The position numbers were made by a program, and so were the translations under genes. Of a stretch of DNA of 64,000 nucleotides, positions 10,214-20,529 are shown one piece after another. The notes beneath the pieces were generated by a model. That model searched no databases. It was not told the DNA's origin and saw only the letters and a program-made list of their open reading frames with translations. Numbering within the stretch: position 1 is the stretch's first letter; the number at the start of each line of letters is the position of its first letter. The stretch is from an uncultured virus (IMG/VR IMGVR_UViG_3300037507_001084) (taxonomy: Duplodnaviria > Heunggongvirae > Uroviricota > Caudoviricetes). Location: IMG/VR virus record IMGVR_UViG_3300037507_001084, one strand, 5' to 3'.

Positions 10214-11632
10214 ATGTCTGACACTAGAATTTTGCAGGAAAAGTGGGCACCTGTTCTCGGTCACAAAGACCTTCCTGAAATCAAGGACGCATATCGCAGA
10301 CAGGTAGTTGCCACCCTGCTAGAAAACCAAGAGCGTGCAATCCGCGAAGAGCATGGTATGCTCAACGAGGTTGCCGTTAACTCACTCGGCGCTGGAACTG
10401 TATCACCTGCTGGTTCAGCTCTATCTTCAAGCAACACCGCTGGTCTTGCTGGTTTCGATCCTATCCTAATCAGCCTAATCCGCCGTTCAATGCCTAACCT
10501 TGTCGCTTACGACATCGCTGGCGTTCAACCAATGAGCGGTCCTACTGGACTTATTTTCGCAATGCGTGCTCGCTATGAGAACCAAAATGGCGCTGAAGCT
10601 CTCTACTACGAGCCAGACGCAGGATTCTCGGGTGGTTCCGACGCAACTGCTGGTGCTTATAACGTTCGTTCCGCTGCTGGTTCAGGTGGCGATGCTGAGG
10701 GCAACAACCCAGCTGTTCTTAACGACGGCACTCCTGGTACTTACGAGCGCGGTACAACTTCACTAACTCGTGAAAATTCAGAAGTTCTTGGCGAAGCTGG
10801 TACACTCTTCCGCGAGATGGCATTCAGCATCGAGAAGACCTCGGTGACTGCTAAGACACGCGCTCTCAAGGCTGAGTACACCCTAGAGCTAGCACAAGAC
10901 CTCAAGGCAATCCATGGTCTTGATGCTGAGCAAGAGCTTGCTAACATCCTCTCAAGCGAAATCCTCGCTGAGATCAACCGTGAAATCATCCGTACCGTCT
11001 ACACTGTTGCCCTTCCTGGCGCTCAGAACGACGTTGCTACTCAAGGTACTTTCGACCTTGACATTGATTCAAACGGTCGTTGGATGGCAGAGAAGTTCAA
11101 GGGTCTTCTATTCCAAATTCAGCGTGACGCAAACGCTATCGGTCAACTAACCCGTCGTGGTAAGGGCAACTTCATGATCTGCTCAGCAGACGTTGCTTCC
11201 GCCATGTCAATGGCTGGTATGCTTGATTACGCTCCTGCTCTCAACACTTCACTCAACGTTGATGACACTGGTAACGTATTTGCTGGTGTTCTTCAGGGTG
11301 GTATCCGTGTTTACATTGATCCATTCGGTGCTCCTATCTATAGTCAGTCACAAGCTGCTAAGCACTACTACGTCATGGGTTACAAGGGCACATCACCTTA
11401 TGATGCTGGTCTCTTCTATTGCCCATACGTTCCTCTCCAAATGGTTCGTTCGATCAACCCTGACACCTTCCAGCCTAAGATTGGCTTCAAGACTCGTTAC
11501 GGTATGGTCAGCAACCCATTCGTTTCAACTACAAATAGCAACGGTATCGCTGGTGCTACTCCTGATGGTTCTGCTCTCACTGCTAATACCAACCAGTATT
11601 ACAGAAGAGTTAAAGTTATCAACCTCACCTGA
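10214..11632 (+). CDS. gp23: major capsid protein
   Basis: GVQPMSGPTGLIFAMR, ELAQDLKAIHGLDAE, FQPKIGFKTRYG. Confidence 0.99.
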   Translation: MSDTRILQEKWAPVLGHKDLPEIKDAYRRQVVATLLENQERAIREEHGMLNEVAVNSLGAGTVSPAGSALSSSNTAGLAGFDPILISLIRRSMPNLVAYDIAGVQPMSGPTGLIFAMRARYENQNGAEALYYEPDAGFSGGSDATAGAYNVRSAAGSGGDAEGNNPAVLNDGTPGTYERGTTSLTRENSEVLGEAGTLFREMAFSIEKTSVTAKTRALKAEYTLELAQDLKAIHGLDAEQELANILSSEILAEINREIIRTVYTVALPGAQNDVATQGTFDLDIDSNGRWMAEKFKGLLFQIQRDANAIGQLTRRGKGNFMICSADVASAMSMAGMLDYAPALNTSLNVDDTGNVFAGVLQGGIRVYIDPFGAPIYSQSQAAKHYYVMGYKGTSPYDAGLFYCPYVPLQMVRSINPDTFQPKIGFKTRYGMVSNPFVSTTNSNGIAGATPDGSALTANTNQYYRRVKVINLT

Positions 11633-11650
11633 TTTTCAGGTAAATACATT

Positions 11651-11675
11651 GACCCCCGAAAGGGGGTCTTTTTTT
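11651..11675 (+). terminator. intrinsic terminator after gp23
   Basis: GACCCCC-GAAA-GGGGGTC followed by a T-run. Confidence 0.9.
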
Positions 11676-11706
11676 ATGGAAATAAATAGTAAAAAAACAT
11701 AAAGTT

Positions 11707-12222
11707 ATGTCTGCTAAGTGGTATAACGAGCAACCAACAAATAGAAATTTTCTTGCCCCAGCAGGATTCAAGATGAATCTTGATATTTTTGCTGGTGTAG
11801 ATTTTTTCTGTCAACGAGCAAATCTTCCAGACATTTCTGTTGGAACAGTAGAGGCACCAACAAGATATAGAAGCATTGCTCTACCAGCATCTGGTGGAGT
11901 TGAATACGGAGATTTAAATTTAAAATTTATTGTTGACGAAGATTTAAGTAATTATTTGACCATCTGGAAATGGATTAGAAAAAATAATTTAGCAGAAGAA
12001 ATGGACGACCAAGAAATTCCAGAATATTCTAATGCTCAATTACAAATTTTAAATAGCAATTTTAATCCAAATATTATTGTAGAATTTGAGAATATTTTTC
12101 CAACGTCTTTGACAGAACTATCATTTGATGTAGAAGATAGAGATGTAGATTATTTGACTGCTGACGTAGTATTTAAATTTACAACCTATTACTTCACAAA
12201 CAAAAACAACAGGAGAATTTAA
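11707..12222 (+). CDS. gp3: tail completion / sheath stabiliser protein
   Basis: NRNFLAPAGF, FFCQRANLP, FIVDEDLSNY; follows gp23. Confidence 0.85.
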   Translation: MSAKWYNEQPTNRNFLAPAGFKMNLDIFAGVDFFCQRANLPDISVGTVEAPTRYRSIALPASGGVEYGDLNLKFIVDEDLSNYLTIWKWIRKNNLAEEMDDQEIPEYSNAQLQILNSNFNPNIIVEFENIFPTSLTELSFDVEDRDVDYLTADVVFKFTTYYFTNKNNRRI

Positions 12223-12225
12223 TTT

Positions 12226-12702
12226 ATGAAATTTGATGATTTGAAAACTCTTTTTAATCATGTTAAATCAGAATGGCAAGAAGATTCACATATTGACTTC
12301 CAGTTTAAAAACAAACAATACTCAGCAGATCTAGCACAAATTTCACTAGACATCCCTTATCAGCACAATAAATATTTAAACTTCTACAACGATTTCTCAA
12401 CAGAGAAAACAGCACTGGAATTCCAGTATCGTATGAAGTTAAAAGAAAAAAGAGAATATTATCAAGGGGAAGCAGACCCAGAAGTTTATAAAGAAAAACC
12501 TTTTGGACAATCCATTAAAACATCCGAGAAGATGAAAGTATATTTGGAAGCGGATGAGGATTTAATTAACATTGAAATGAAAATAGAGTTTATTAATAAG
12601 GCACTTTTCTTTTTGGATAATGTTCTTAAAATGATTTCCAATAGAAGTTTCCAAATTAAAAACGCTATCGAGTGGGAGAAATTTATTAACGGTAGCACCT
12701 AA
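12226..12702 (+). CDS. uvsY: recombination mediator
   Basis: EYYQGEADPEVY, RSFQIKNAIEW. Confidence 0.88.
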   Translation: MKFDDLKTLFNHVKSEWQEDSHIDFQFKNKQYSADLAQISLDIPYQHNKYLNFYNDFSTEKTALEFQYRMKLKEKREYYQGEADPEVYKEKPFGQSIKTSEKMKVYLEADEDLINIEMKIEFINKALFFLDNVLKMISNRSFQIKNAIEWEKFINGST

Positions 12703-14180
12703 TGACAAATCTGGTCGTCGCAAAAAAGAACAACATTTTCTTGACAATCAAAGCAGAACCACATGTTCACTATGAACTCGCAGACTATTTTACATTCGAT
12801 ATCCCTAATGCCAAGTTTATGCCACAATATAAAAGTGGTGTCTGGGACGGTAAGATTAGACTCTATTCTCCAGGAACAGGTGAGCTCTATTGTGGTCTCA
12901 TCTCACACCTCAAAGAGTGGAGTGGAGTTAAAGGTTATTCAATAGAATATCAAGGTAATAAGTTCTATGGAGATGTAGAAGAAAAGAATGAACATATTAC
13001 GCTTGAAGGCGTAAAAGGTTTCATGGCAGCTGTATGCCCCAACCACGAACCACGCGATTATCAGGTTCAAGCAGTATATCAAGCACTGCTAAACAATCGC
13101 AGACTCCTATTATCTCCAACTGCCTCAGGCAAGTCTTTGATGATTTATTCTCTGGTGCGTTATTACTACGCATCTGAATATAAACAAACGGGGAAGAAAA
13201 CTCTTATCATTGTTCCCACCACTTCACTGGTGGAACAGATGTATAAAGACTTCGAAGACTACGGTTGGAATGTAGAAGAACACTGCCATAAAATTTATGG
13301 TGGTAAAGATAAGAACGTAGAGAAAGCAGTTATCATTTCCACTTGGCAATCTATCTACAAGTTTCCTAAGCGTTGGTTTGATGATTTCTCGTGTGTTATC
13401 GGTGACGAAGCACATCTATTCAAATCCAAATCACTCACTGGCATCATGACAAAACTCCATGAAGCCAAATATCGTTTCGGTTTCACTGGAACACTGGATG
13501 GTTCTGCCACACACAAGTGGGTGTTGGAAGGATTGTTTGGTGAGTGTAAGCATGTTACTAAAACAGAGAAGCTTATTAAAGAAGGTCACCTATCTGATTT
13601 TAGAATTAAAGTTCTCCTACTCAAGCATGAGAAGATGGAGTTCTGGGATTATCAAGGAGAGATTGATGCGATTGTTGATAATCCAAAACGCAATCGTCTA
13701 ATTAAAAATCTTGTGCGTGATCTTGAAGGTAACTCTTTAGTTCTCTTTAACTATGTGGAACGTCATGGAGTGCCACTTTACGAGGCGATAAATAGTGTTG
13801 TTGAAAAAGGTCGTAAAGTTTTTCTGGTCTATGGTGGTGTAGACACTGAAGAACGCGAAGAGATTAGACGCATCACTGAAACTGAAAACAACGCAGTGAT
13901 TGTTGCTTCATACGGAACATTCAGCACTGGCATCAACATTCGTAATCTACACAATGTTGTATTTGCTTCACCTTCAAAATCAAGAGTAAGAAACTTACAA
14001 TCTATCGGTCGTGTATTGCGTAAGGGCAACAACAAAACCTACGCTACTCTTTATGACATTGCCGATGAGTATTGTAGAACACCACAAAAAAATTACACGC
14101 TAAAACATTTAGATGAGCGTTTAAAAATTTATGAGGAAGAAAAATTTAATGTAGAAATTATTAAAATAGATTTAAGATAA
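12702..14180 (+). CDS. uvsW: SF2 RNA-DNA/DNA helicase
   Basis: WDGKIRLY, SPTASGKS, DEAH, QSIGRVLR. Confidence 0.96.
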   Translation: MTNLVVAKKNNIFLTIKAEPHVHYELADYFTFDIPNAKFMPQYKSGVWDGKIRLYSPGTGELYCGLISHLKEWSGVKGYSIEYQGNKFYGDVEEKNEHITLEGVKGFMAAVCPNHEPRDYQVQAVYQALLNNRRLLLSPTASGKSLMIYSLVRYYYASEYKQTGKKTLIIVPTTSLVEQMYKDFEDYGWNVEEHCHKIYGGKDKNVEKAVIISTWQSIYKFPKRWFDDFSCVIGDEAHLFKSKSLTGIMTKLHEAKYRFGFTGTLDGSATHKWVLEGLFGECKHVTKTEKLIKEGHLSDFRIKVLLLKHEKMEFWDYQGEIDAIVDNPKRNRLIKNLVRDLEGNSLVLFNYVERHGVPLYEAINSVVEKGRKVFLVYGGVDTEEREEIRRITETENNAVIVASYGTFSTGINIRNLHNVVFASPSKSRVRNLQSIGRVLRKGNNKTYATLYDIADEYCRTPQKNYTLKHLDERLKIYEEEKFNVEIIKIDLR

Positions 14181-14181
14181 T

Positions 14182-14598
14182 ATGGAAGAAGAATTTTATG
14201 CCACTATTAAATTAACTTCTAGTGAAGAATTAGTTGGAAAAGTTTCCTATGATCCTGATGATGATGTTATTATTATTTTTAATCCAAGGATTGTAATTAG
14301 AACTGAAATGAAAAAAAAGGGAATAAAAATAGAAGGATTTGAATTCCAATCTTGGATACAAGCAACACACGAAGACATGTTTATTATTCCTCGTAATCAA
14401 ATTGTTACAATGGTTGAGACTGACGGTAGAATTGTTTCCTTCTATGAACAGTATCTACAAAGAAAACAACAAGAAGATCACATGTTAAAAAACGGCGGTA
14501 TTCCAGGACACCGCCGTGATACAAGAATAATGGATGGATACATCAGTTCAACTAAAGAAGCTAGAAGTATTTTAGAACAGATCTATAATAAATCTTGA
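14182..14598 (+). CDS. conserved cyanophage hypothetical protein (possible Sm-like fold)
   Basis: MEEEFYATIKLTSSEELV; lies between uvsW and gp55. Confidence 0.6.
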   Translation: MEEEFYATIKLTSSEELVGKVSYDPDDDVIIIFNPRIVIRTEMKKKGIKIEGFEFQSWIQATHEDMFIIPRNQIVTMVETDGRIVSFYEQYLQRKQQEDHMLKNGGIPGHRRDTRIMDGYISSTKEARSILEQIYNKS

Positions 14599-14725
14599 AA
14601 GCGCCACATTGCTATTATACACAGAATTGAAGGTCTTGTCAAGCCCTTTACAATTTTGTTAGCGTATGCTACAATTGTATTGTAAATTGGTTAAGTTCAT
14701 GAGTACCAGTACCATAGCGTCAAAA

Positions 14726-15217
14726 ATGACCAAAAAGAAAACAGAAAACTACGTCAACAACAGAGAATTTTTGGACGCTTTGGTTGTCTATAAACTTCAG
14801 TGTGACGAAGCAACAAGACAAGGAACACAGCGCCCACGTATTCCAAATTATATTGGGGAGTGTTTTTATAAAATTGCTACGCATTTATCCTACAAGCCTA
14901 ACTTTGTAAATTACATGTTTAGGGATGATATGATAGGTGATGCGGTAGAAAATTGTGTACAGTATATTGATAGATTTGATCCAGCAAAATCTACTAATCC
15001 TTTTGCTTACTTTACACAAATGATATATTTTGCGTTTCTTCGTAGAATTGCTAAAGAGAAAAAGCAATTAGAAACAAAAAATAAATTGCTTGAGCGTTCT
15101 GGATATGATGAAGTTTTGCATACAGACAGTTACAGTGGTGACATGATAGGATATAATAGCAGTAGTGCTGACATGAACAGCATCAAAGAAAACCTTGAAA
15201 TGAGATCTAAACGATGA
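14726..15217 (+). CDS. gp55: late-transcription sigma factor
   Basis: YVNNREF, NYIGECFYKIATHLSYKPNF, NPFAYFTQ; start inferred; TTTACA-17-TACAAT at 14647-14675. Confidence 0.93.
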   Translation: MTKKKTENYVNNREFLDALVVYKLQCDEATRQGTQRPRIPNYIGECFYKIATHLSYKPNFVNYMFRDDMIGDAVENCVQYIDRFDPAKSTNPFAYFTQMIYFAFLRRIAKEKKQLETKNKLLERSGYDEVLHTDSYSGDMIGYNSSSADMNSIKENLEMRSKR

Positions 15218-16263
15218 CCGTAGCTTTGATTACTGACCAACATCTTGACGGGAGGAAAGGTAGTGTTGCGTTTTGGGAATACTTCAAAAAATTCTACGAC
15301 GACATCTTCTTCCCAACACTGGAGAGACACGGAATCAAAACTGTTATTGACCTCGGTGATACGTTTGATAATCGTAAGGGGATTGATTTTAATGTTTGGA
15401 ATAGGGTTCGCCAACATTATTTTCAACGCCTTGAAGACATGGGTATCTTCGTTCACATGATTCTTGGTAATCATTGCGTCTACTATAAAAACACTAACGA
15501 GATTAACTCACCCGAACTTCTACTCAAGGACTTCAGCAACATTGAAATCTACGCTCATCCAGAGACAGTAATGATTGATGGTGCTAAGATTCTTATGTTG
15601 CCTTGGATTAACTCCAGCAATTATGATGATACCATGAAGCATCTTGAAGGGACCAGTGCTGAGATTGCTATGGGTCACCTTGAACTATCTGGTTTTGAAG
15701 TGACTCCTGGAAATACACAGGAACATGGTATGGATCCTAAGATTTTTAAAAAGTTTAAACAAGTATTCTCGGGACACTACCACCACAAATCATCCAGAGG
15801 TAACATCACTTATCTGGGTAATCCTTACCAGATGTTCTGGAATGATTATAAAGACGAGCGAGGATTTCATCTCTATGAACCAAAGACAAATAAACTCAAG
15901 CGGGTCAAGAACCCTTATGAGATTTTCCAGAAAATCTATTACAATGATTCTACTGGTTCTCATCTCAGCTTCGATACCAGTGAGTGTTCAAATTCTTTTG
16001 TCAAGATTATCGTAGAAGATAAGAAAGACTATACAGAGTTTGAGAAGTTTGTTGACTCTGTATTTGCTACTCAACCACATGATGTTAAAATTGTTGAGAC
16101 ACTTGTGAATGATTCTTTTGTGGAGGATGATGAGAATGTAGAAATCAAAGACACACTCACACTTCTTAACGAATATATTGATGAGGTAGAGATTGCCGTA
16201 GACAAAGCAAAATTAAAAAGCGTTATGAAGTCCCTATATATTGAGAGTTGTGAGGTAGTATAA
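15214..16263 (+). CDS. gp47: recombination endonuclease (Mre11/SbcD-like)
   Basis: ITDQH, DLGDTFDNRK, GNH, SGHYH. Confidence 0.95.
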   Translation: MTVALITDQHLDGRKGSVAFWEYFKKFYDDIFFPTLERHGIKTVIDLGDTFDNRKGIDFNVWNRVRQHYFQRLEDMGIFVHMILGNHCVYYKNTNEINSPELLLKDFSNIEIYAHPETVMIDGAKILMLPWINSSNYDDTMKHLEGTSAEIAMGHLELSGFEVTPGNTQEHGMDPKIFKKFKQVFSGHYHHKSSRGNITYLGNPYQMFWNDYKDERGFHLYEPKTNKLKRVKNPYEIFQKIYYNDSTGSHLSFDTSECSNSFVKIIVEDKKDYTEFEKFVDSVFATQPHDVKIVETLVNDSFVEDDENVEIKDTLTLLNEYIDEVEIAVDKAKLKSVMKSLYIESCEVV

Positions 16264-16551
16264 ATGTTTCTTATCACCCTTGCCGAACATTCAGATGGAG
16301 TTTATTCGGTTGTTGACGACGAGGGTGATCATGTGGTATACTTTTTCAAAGAAGAAGAAGATGCCGAGAGGTATCTTGGTTTGCTTGAGGCAAACGACTA
16401 CGAAGGAACTCTACCCCCTCTTACAACTCACGAAGTAGATCCAAAAGCTGGAATACAAGTGTGTGAAATGAAAGGGATGAAGTACACTATTATTGAACCC
16501 GACGACATTATTGTTCCCCCCAGAGATTATGATTATATTCAAAACCATTAA
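16264..16551 (+). CDS. hypothetical protein
   Basis: ORF between gp47 and gp46 with a GAGG SD. Confidence 0.7.
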   Translation: MFLITLAEHSDGVYSVVDDEGDHVVYFFKEEEDAERYLGLLEANDYEGTLPPLTTHEVDPKAGIQVCEMKGMKYTIIEPDDIIVPPRDYDYIQNH

Positions 16552-18253
16552 ATGGAAAAATTTTCTGTCTACTGGTGCTCAGTTTACTGAAGTATCTCTT
16601 ACTGACACTAAAAGTAGTTTGATTGTGGGGAGCAATGGTGCTGGTAAATCCACCATTCTCGATGCCCTCACTTTTTCGTTGTTTGGTAAACCATTTAGAA
16701 AAATTAACAAACCACAACTTCTCAACTCCATTAATCAAAGTGATTGTGTTGTAGAAGTTAATTTTAATATTGGTAATAATAAATACAAAGTGATTCGTGG
16801 TATTAAACCAGCGAAGTTTGAAATTTACCAGAATGGTGCGCTACTCAATCAAGATTCTTCTGCTGTAGATCAGCAAAAACATTTTGAGCAAACTATTCTG
16901 AAAATGAATTACAAATCATTTACTCAGATTGTGGTGCTCGGGTCATCTACCTTTGTGCCATTTATGCGTCTTCCATTGGCAGCTCGTAGAGAAATCATTG
17001 AAGACATTCTTGACATTCAAATCTTCTCGACAATGAATGTCAATCTCAAAGAAAAGATTAAAGTAATTAACGACGAATTAAAAGATCACGAGTATAAACT
17101 GTCTCTTGTCAAAGAAAAGATTGATATGCAGAAACAGTTTATGCTTGAAATTGAGAAAAAGAATAAAGAAGACATTCAAGAAAAAGAGAACAAGAAAGAA
17201 ACTCTGTTAACAGAATCTCTAAATCATGAAACAGAAATCCTCAATAACGACAAGGAAATCAACATTAAGACCGCTGCCATTTCAGACACGCAGACGCTTA
17301 AAGCAACGATATCTAAGATCACTACGATCAAAGAAAAATTGTCAACCAAACGAAAGTCTCACACAAAAGAGAAAAAATTCTTTGAGGAGAATGATACTTG
17401 CCCAACATGCGGTCAGAGTATCGAAGAGCATTTTAAACAAGAGAAGATCGCGCTTCTCTCGGATAAACTTGCTGAGGTGGAGAAAGGTGTGTCTGATTTG
17501 GGACAACAACTTTCCGATCTCCAAAGTAAAGAAGATACCTTTATTCTTTTGATTGATGAAATAAACGAACTCAATCTAAAGAACAGACAACTCAATAATG
17601 AAATTAAGTCACTTCATAAACGAATTGAAGAACTGGACGACGACATCAGAAAACTGCGGGATTCAGATGTCAGTCAACGAGAGCAGTTTTCAATACTTAA
17701 ATCGCTCAGCGAGGACGGGAAGCGAATCCAAGAAACGATTTCTGAAACAAAAGAAGAAAAAGACTGCCTACTCACGGCGGCGCAACTCCTCAAAGACTCG
17801 GGCATCAAAACGAGGATCATCAAAAAATACCTTCCAACGATGAACAAGCTTATCAATGATTACCTTGATAAGATGGAGTTTCCAGCATCGTTTATGCTTA
17901 ACGAAAGTTTTGAAGAAGTAATCAAATCACGTTACAGAGATGAATTTAGTTATGAATCTTTTTCTGAGGGCGAAAAGGCTAGAATTGATATTGCTCTGCT
18001 GCTTACTTGGCGTAGTGTTGCTAAACTTAAGAATAGCGTGGATACTAATCTTCTAATCCTTGATGAAATCTTTGACGGTTCACTAGATCAATCTGGTAAC
18101 AGCGATCTTGGGTGGATTCTTAAAACCTTTGATGACAAAACAAATGTGTTTGTTATCTCTCATCGAGACAATATGGCAGACAAGTTTGACCGCTGCCTAC
18201 GATTTGAGAAGCATAAGAATTTCTCATACGTCACGGAAGAGACATTAGAATAA
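16529..18253 (+). CDS. gp46: recombination ATPase (Rad50/SbcC-like)
   Basis: WKNFLSTG, GSNGAGKST, CPTC hook, FSEGE, LILDEIFD. Confidence 0.96.
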   Translation: MIIFKTIKWKNFLSTGAQFTEVSLTDTKSSLIVGSNGAGKSTILDALTFSLFGKPFRKINKPQLLNSINQSDCVVEVNFNIGNNKYKVIRGIKPAKFEIYQNGALLNQDSSAVDQQKHFEQTILKMNYKSFTQIVVLGSSTFVPFMRLPLAARREIIEDILDIQIFSTMNVNLKEKIKVINDELKDHEYKLSLVKEKIDMQKQFMLEIEKKNKEDIQEKENKKETLLTESLNHETEILNNDKEINIKTAAISDTQTLKATISKITTIKEKLSTKRKSHTKEKKFFEENDTCPTCGQSIEEHFKQEKIALLSDKLAEVEKGVSDLGQQLSDLQSKEDTFILLIDEINELNLKNRQLNNEIKSLHKRIEELDDDIRKLRDSDVSQREQFSILKSLSEDGKRIQETISETKEEKDCLLTAAQLLKDSGIKTRIIKKYLPTMNKLINDYLDKMEFPASFMLNESFEEVIKSRYRDEFSYESFSEGEKARIDIALLLTWRSVAKLKNSVDTNLLILDEIFDGSLDQSGNSDLGWILKTFDDKTNVFVISHRDNMADKFDRCLRFEKHKNFSYVTEETLE

Positions 18254-18259
18254 CTTAAG

Positions 18260-18293
18260 AGGGGTTGCTTCGGCACCCCTTTTGATGTATAGT
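18260..18293 (+). promoter_or_regulatory. terminator-like hairpin overlapping a sigma70 promoter
   Basis: AGGGG(T)TGC-TTCG-GCACCCCT-TTT; TTGCTT-17-TATAGT. Confidence 0.6.
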
Positions 18294-18316
18294 TGATTCA
18301 TCAACGAAAGAGACCG

Positions 18317-20458
18317 ATGTTCAACGCCGAAGTCAAGGGCAATCTCGCTCGCCTTCTTGCTACCGAAAACCTGATCGTAGAGCACCGCCCTGTTGAGACG
18401 GCGATGTTTAACGTGAAGGATCGTGTGCTGACCCTGCCTATGTGGGAGAAAGCATCTGCCAACGTATACGATATGCTGGTTGGGCATGAAGTCGGTCACG
18501 CTCTGTATACCCCCGACAAATGGGGTGATGATTATGGCATTCCTCAATCCTACCTGAATGTGTGTGAGGATGCTCGTATTGAGAAACTGATGAAACGTAA
18601 GTTTCCTGGTCTTGCTCGTAACTTCTATGCTGGTTACAAAGAGCTACAAGATGATGATTTCTTCTGTATTGGTGACCGTGAGTTAGATTCTTATGCTCTG
18701 ATTGACCGTGTGAATCTTTACTTTAAGATTGGCATTCATGCTGGTGAAGTGTTTGCTTGGAATACTGAAGAGAAGATGCTGGTGGATGAGCTTGCTAATG
18801 CCGAAACCTTTGAGCAAGTTGTAGAAGTTGCTCGTAAGATTCTTCAATATACTCAAGAACAGGAGCAACAGCAGGTTGTAGAAGCACAACCCGACCTTCA
18901 GCAATCTACTCAAGGTGGGGGTGATTCCACTCAAGGTGAGGGTGATCAAGGCGAAGGCGAGCAACCGCAAGAAGTGTCTGGCAATGGTAATCAAACTCAA
19001 GGTGACGGTGCTGATGCTAATCAACCTCAAGGTGCGGGTGAAGGAGCTACTTCTGGTGGTCAACACAATACACTTGAGTCTGAAACTGACAAGGCATTCA
19101 CTGAGAATCAGAAACAACTGATTAGTGACCACCCTCGTTCTCATCATCTCAACTATATTGAGTTGCCTGATTTGAAAGTAGAAAAATTTGTTATTACTAA
19201 TAAAGAAGTTCAAGAAGATTGTAATCAAACTTTTGGCGAGCAATCGCAATCTCTCTTTAGGGAAGTTGACAAACAGTATCTTACTTTTCGTAGTGAAGCT
19301 CAACGTGAGGTTAACTACCTTGTGAAAGAGTTTGAAATGCGTAAGTCGGCAGATCAGTATGCCCGTGCATCTACTGCCAAGACTGGTATCCTTGATACGG
19401 CACTTCTTCACACTTACAAGTGGAATGAAGATGTATTCAAGAAAATCAATGTGGTGCCTGACGGTAAGAATCACGGTTTGATTTTTGTTCTCGATTGGTC
19501 TGGTTCGATGGGCAACATTCTTCAGGATACTGCTAAGCAACTTCTCAACCTTGCTTGGTTCTGTAAGAAAGTTCAGATTCCTTTTGACATCTATGCCTTT
19601 ACCAATGATTATTGGTATCACAAATCCTACGATTATCAGACTCAAACTCGCAACAAATCTCCTCGCCTTCAGACTCCTAAGGCTGGTCAAGTTAAACTGT
19701 GTGACCATTTCAATATGCTGAATCTTGTTAGCAGCAATGGGCGAAACGGTAAAGACCTTGAAGCACAACTTAAAAACTTCTGGCGTCTTGTTGTTGGCAA
19801 CGGTAGTTACTCTGGTTACTCTATGCCTGCTGGATATAGTCTTTCTGGCACTCCTCTTCATGAAGCAGCAATTTCTCTGACCGCACTTATCCCCGACTTT
19901 CAGAAGCGTAACAAGGTTCAAAAGACTAACGTTATTATTTTGACTGACGGCGAATCTTCCAATATCAATTACTACACCGATCAGACTTACGGTAGCCGTC
20001 TTGGCACCAGCTATGTGAGTAATGATTGTATTCTGCGTGACCGTAAAACTGGTCGCGTATATCCTCGCTTTAGTGATGGAGGTTACTATGGTAACTCGGA
20101 TCTTATCACCAAAGTATTTCTCCAGAATGTGCGTGATCGTTTCTCGGATGTAAACCTGATTGGTATTCGTCTGGTGAATGGTCGTGGTCTTAACACCACC
20201 TACAATGCTGAAGATTGTAAAACCGATTGGAATGAAGTTCAGAAGCAATGGAAGAAAACTAAGTCTGCTGAGCTGGTTGAGCATCTTGGTTATCAGGCAC
20301 TCTATCTGATGGGCACCGATTCGCTATCTGCGAATAGCGAATTTGAAGTTGCTGAAGATGCTTCTGAGAAAGAAATCGGCAAGGCATTCACCACGGCACT
20401 TGCTAAGAAAGGCGTCAATAAGAAAATGCTGACTTCCTTTGCCACACTCATTAGTTAA
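18317..20458 (+). CDS. metallopeptidase-like (HExxH) plus vWA-domain protein (CobT-like)
   Basis: GHEVGHALYT, EDARIE, MIDAS DWSGSM...TPL...TDGE. Confidence 0.85.
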   Translation: MFNAEVKGNLARLLATENLIVEHRPVETAMFNVKDRVLTLPMWEKASANVYDMLVGHEVGHALYTPDKWGDDYGIPQSYLNVCEDARIEKLMKRKFPGLARNFYAGYKELQDDDFFCIGDRELDSYALIDRVNLYFKIGIHAGEVFAWNTEEKMLVDELANAETFEQVVEVARKILQYTQEQEQQQVVEAQPDLQQSTQGGGDSTQGEGDQGEGEQPQEVSGNGNQTQGDGADANQPQGAGEGATSGGQHNTLESETDKAFTENQKQLISDHPRSHHLNYIELPDLKVEKFVITNKEVQEDCNQTFGEQSQSLFREVDKQYLTFRSEAQREVNYLVKEFEMRKSADQYARASTAKTGILDTALLHTYKWNEDVFKKINVVPDGKNHGLIFVLDWSGSMGNILQDTAKQLLNLAWFCKKVQIPFDIYAFTNDYWYHKSYDYQTQTRNKSPRLQTPKAGQVKLCDHFNMLNLVSSNGRNGKDLEAQLKNFWRLVVGNGSYSGYSMPAGYSLSGTPLHEAAISLTALIPDFQKRNKVQKTNVIILTDGESSNINYYTDQTYGSRLGTSYVSNDCILRDRKTGRVYPRFSDGGYYGNSDLITKVFLQNVRDRFSDVNLIGIRLVNGRGLNTTYNAEDCKTDWNEVQKQWKKTKSAELVEHLGYQALYLMGTDSLSANSEFEVAEDASEKEIGKAFTTALAKKGVNKKMLTSFATLIS

Positions 20459-20529
20459 CCTAATCACTTGGGGGCTTGCGCCCCCACCCTCTTTCCCCTA
20501 TAATACTTACATACGAAACAACCCACACC

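Noticed and set aside
18683..20284. 533-aa antisense ORF
   Set aside because: It mirrors the vWA gene codon for codon, has no recognisable motifs, and is explained by sense-strand codon bias. The same applies to 48662-49351 and 62931-63626.
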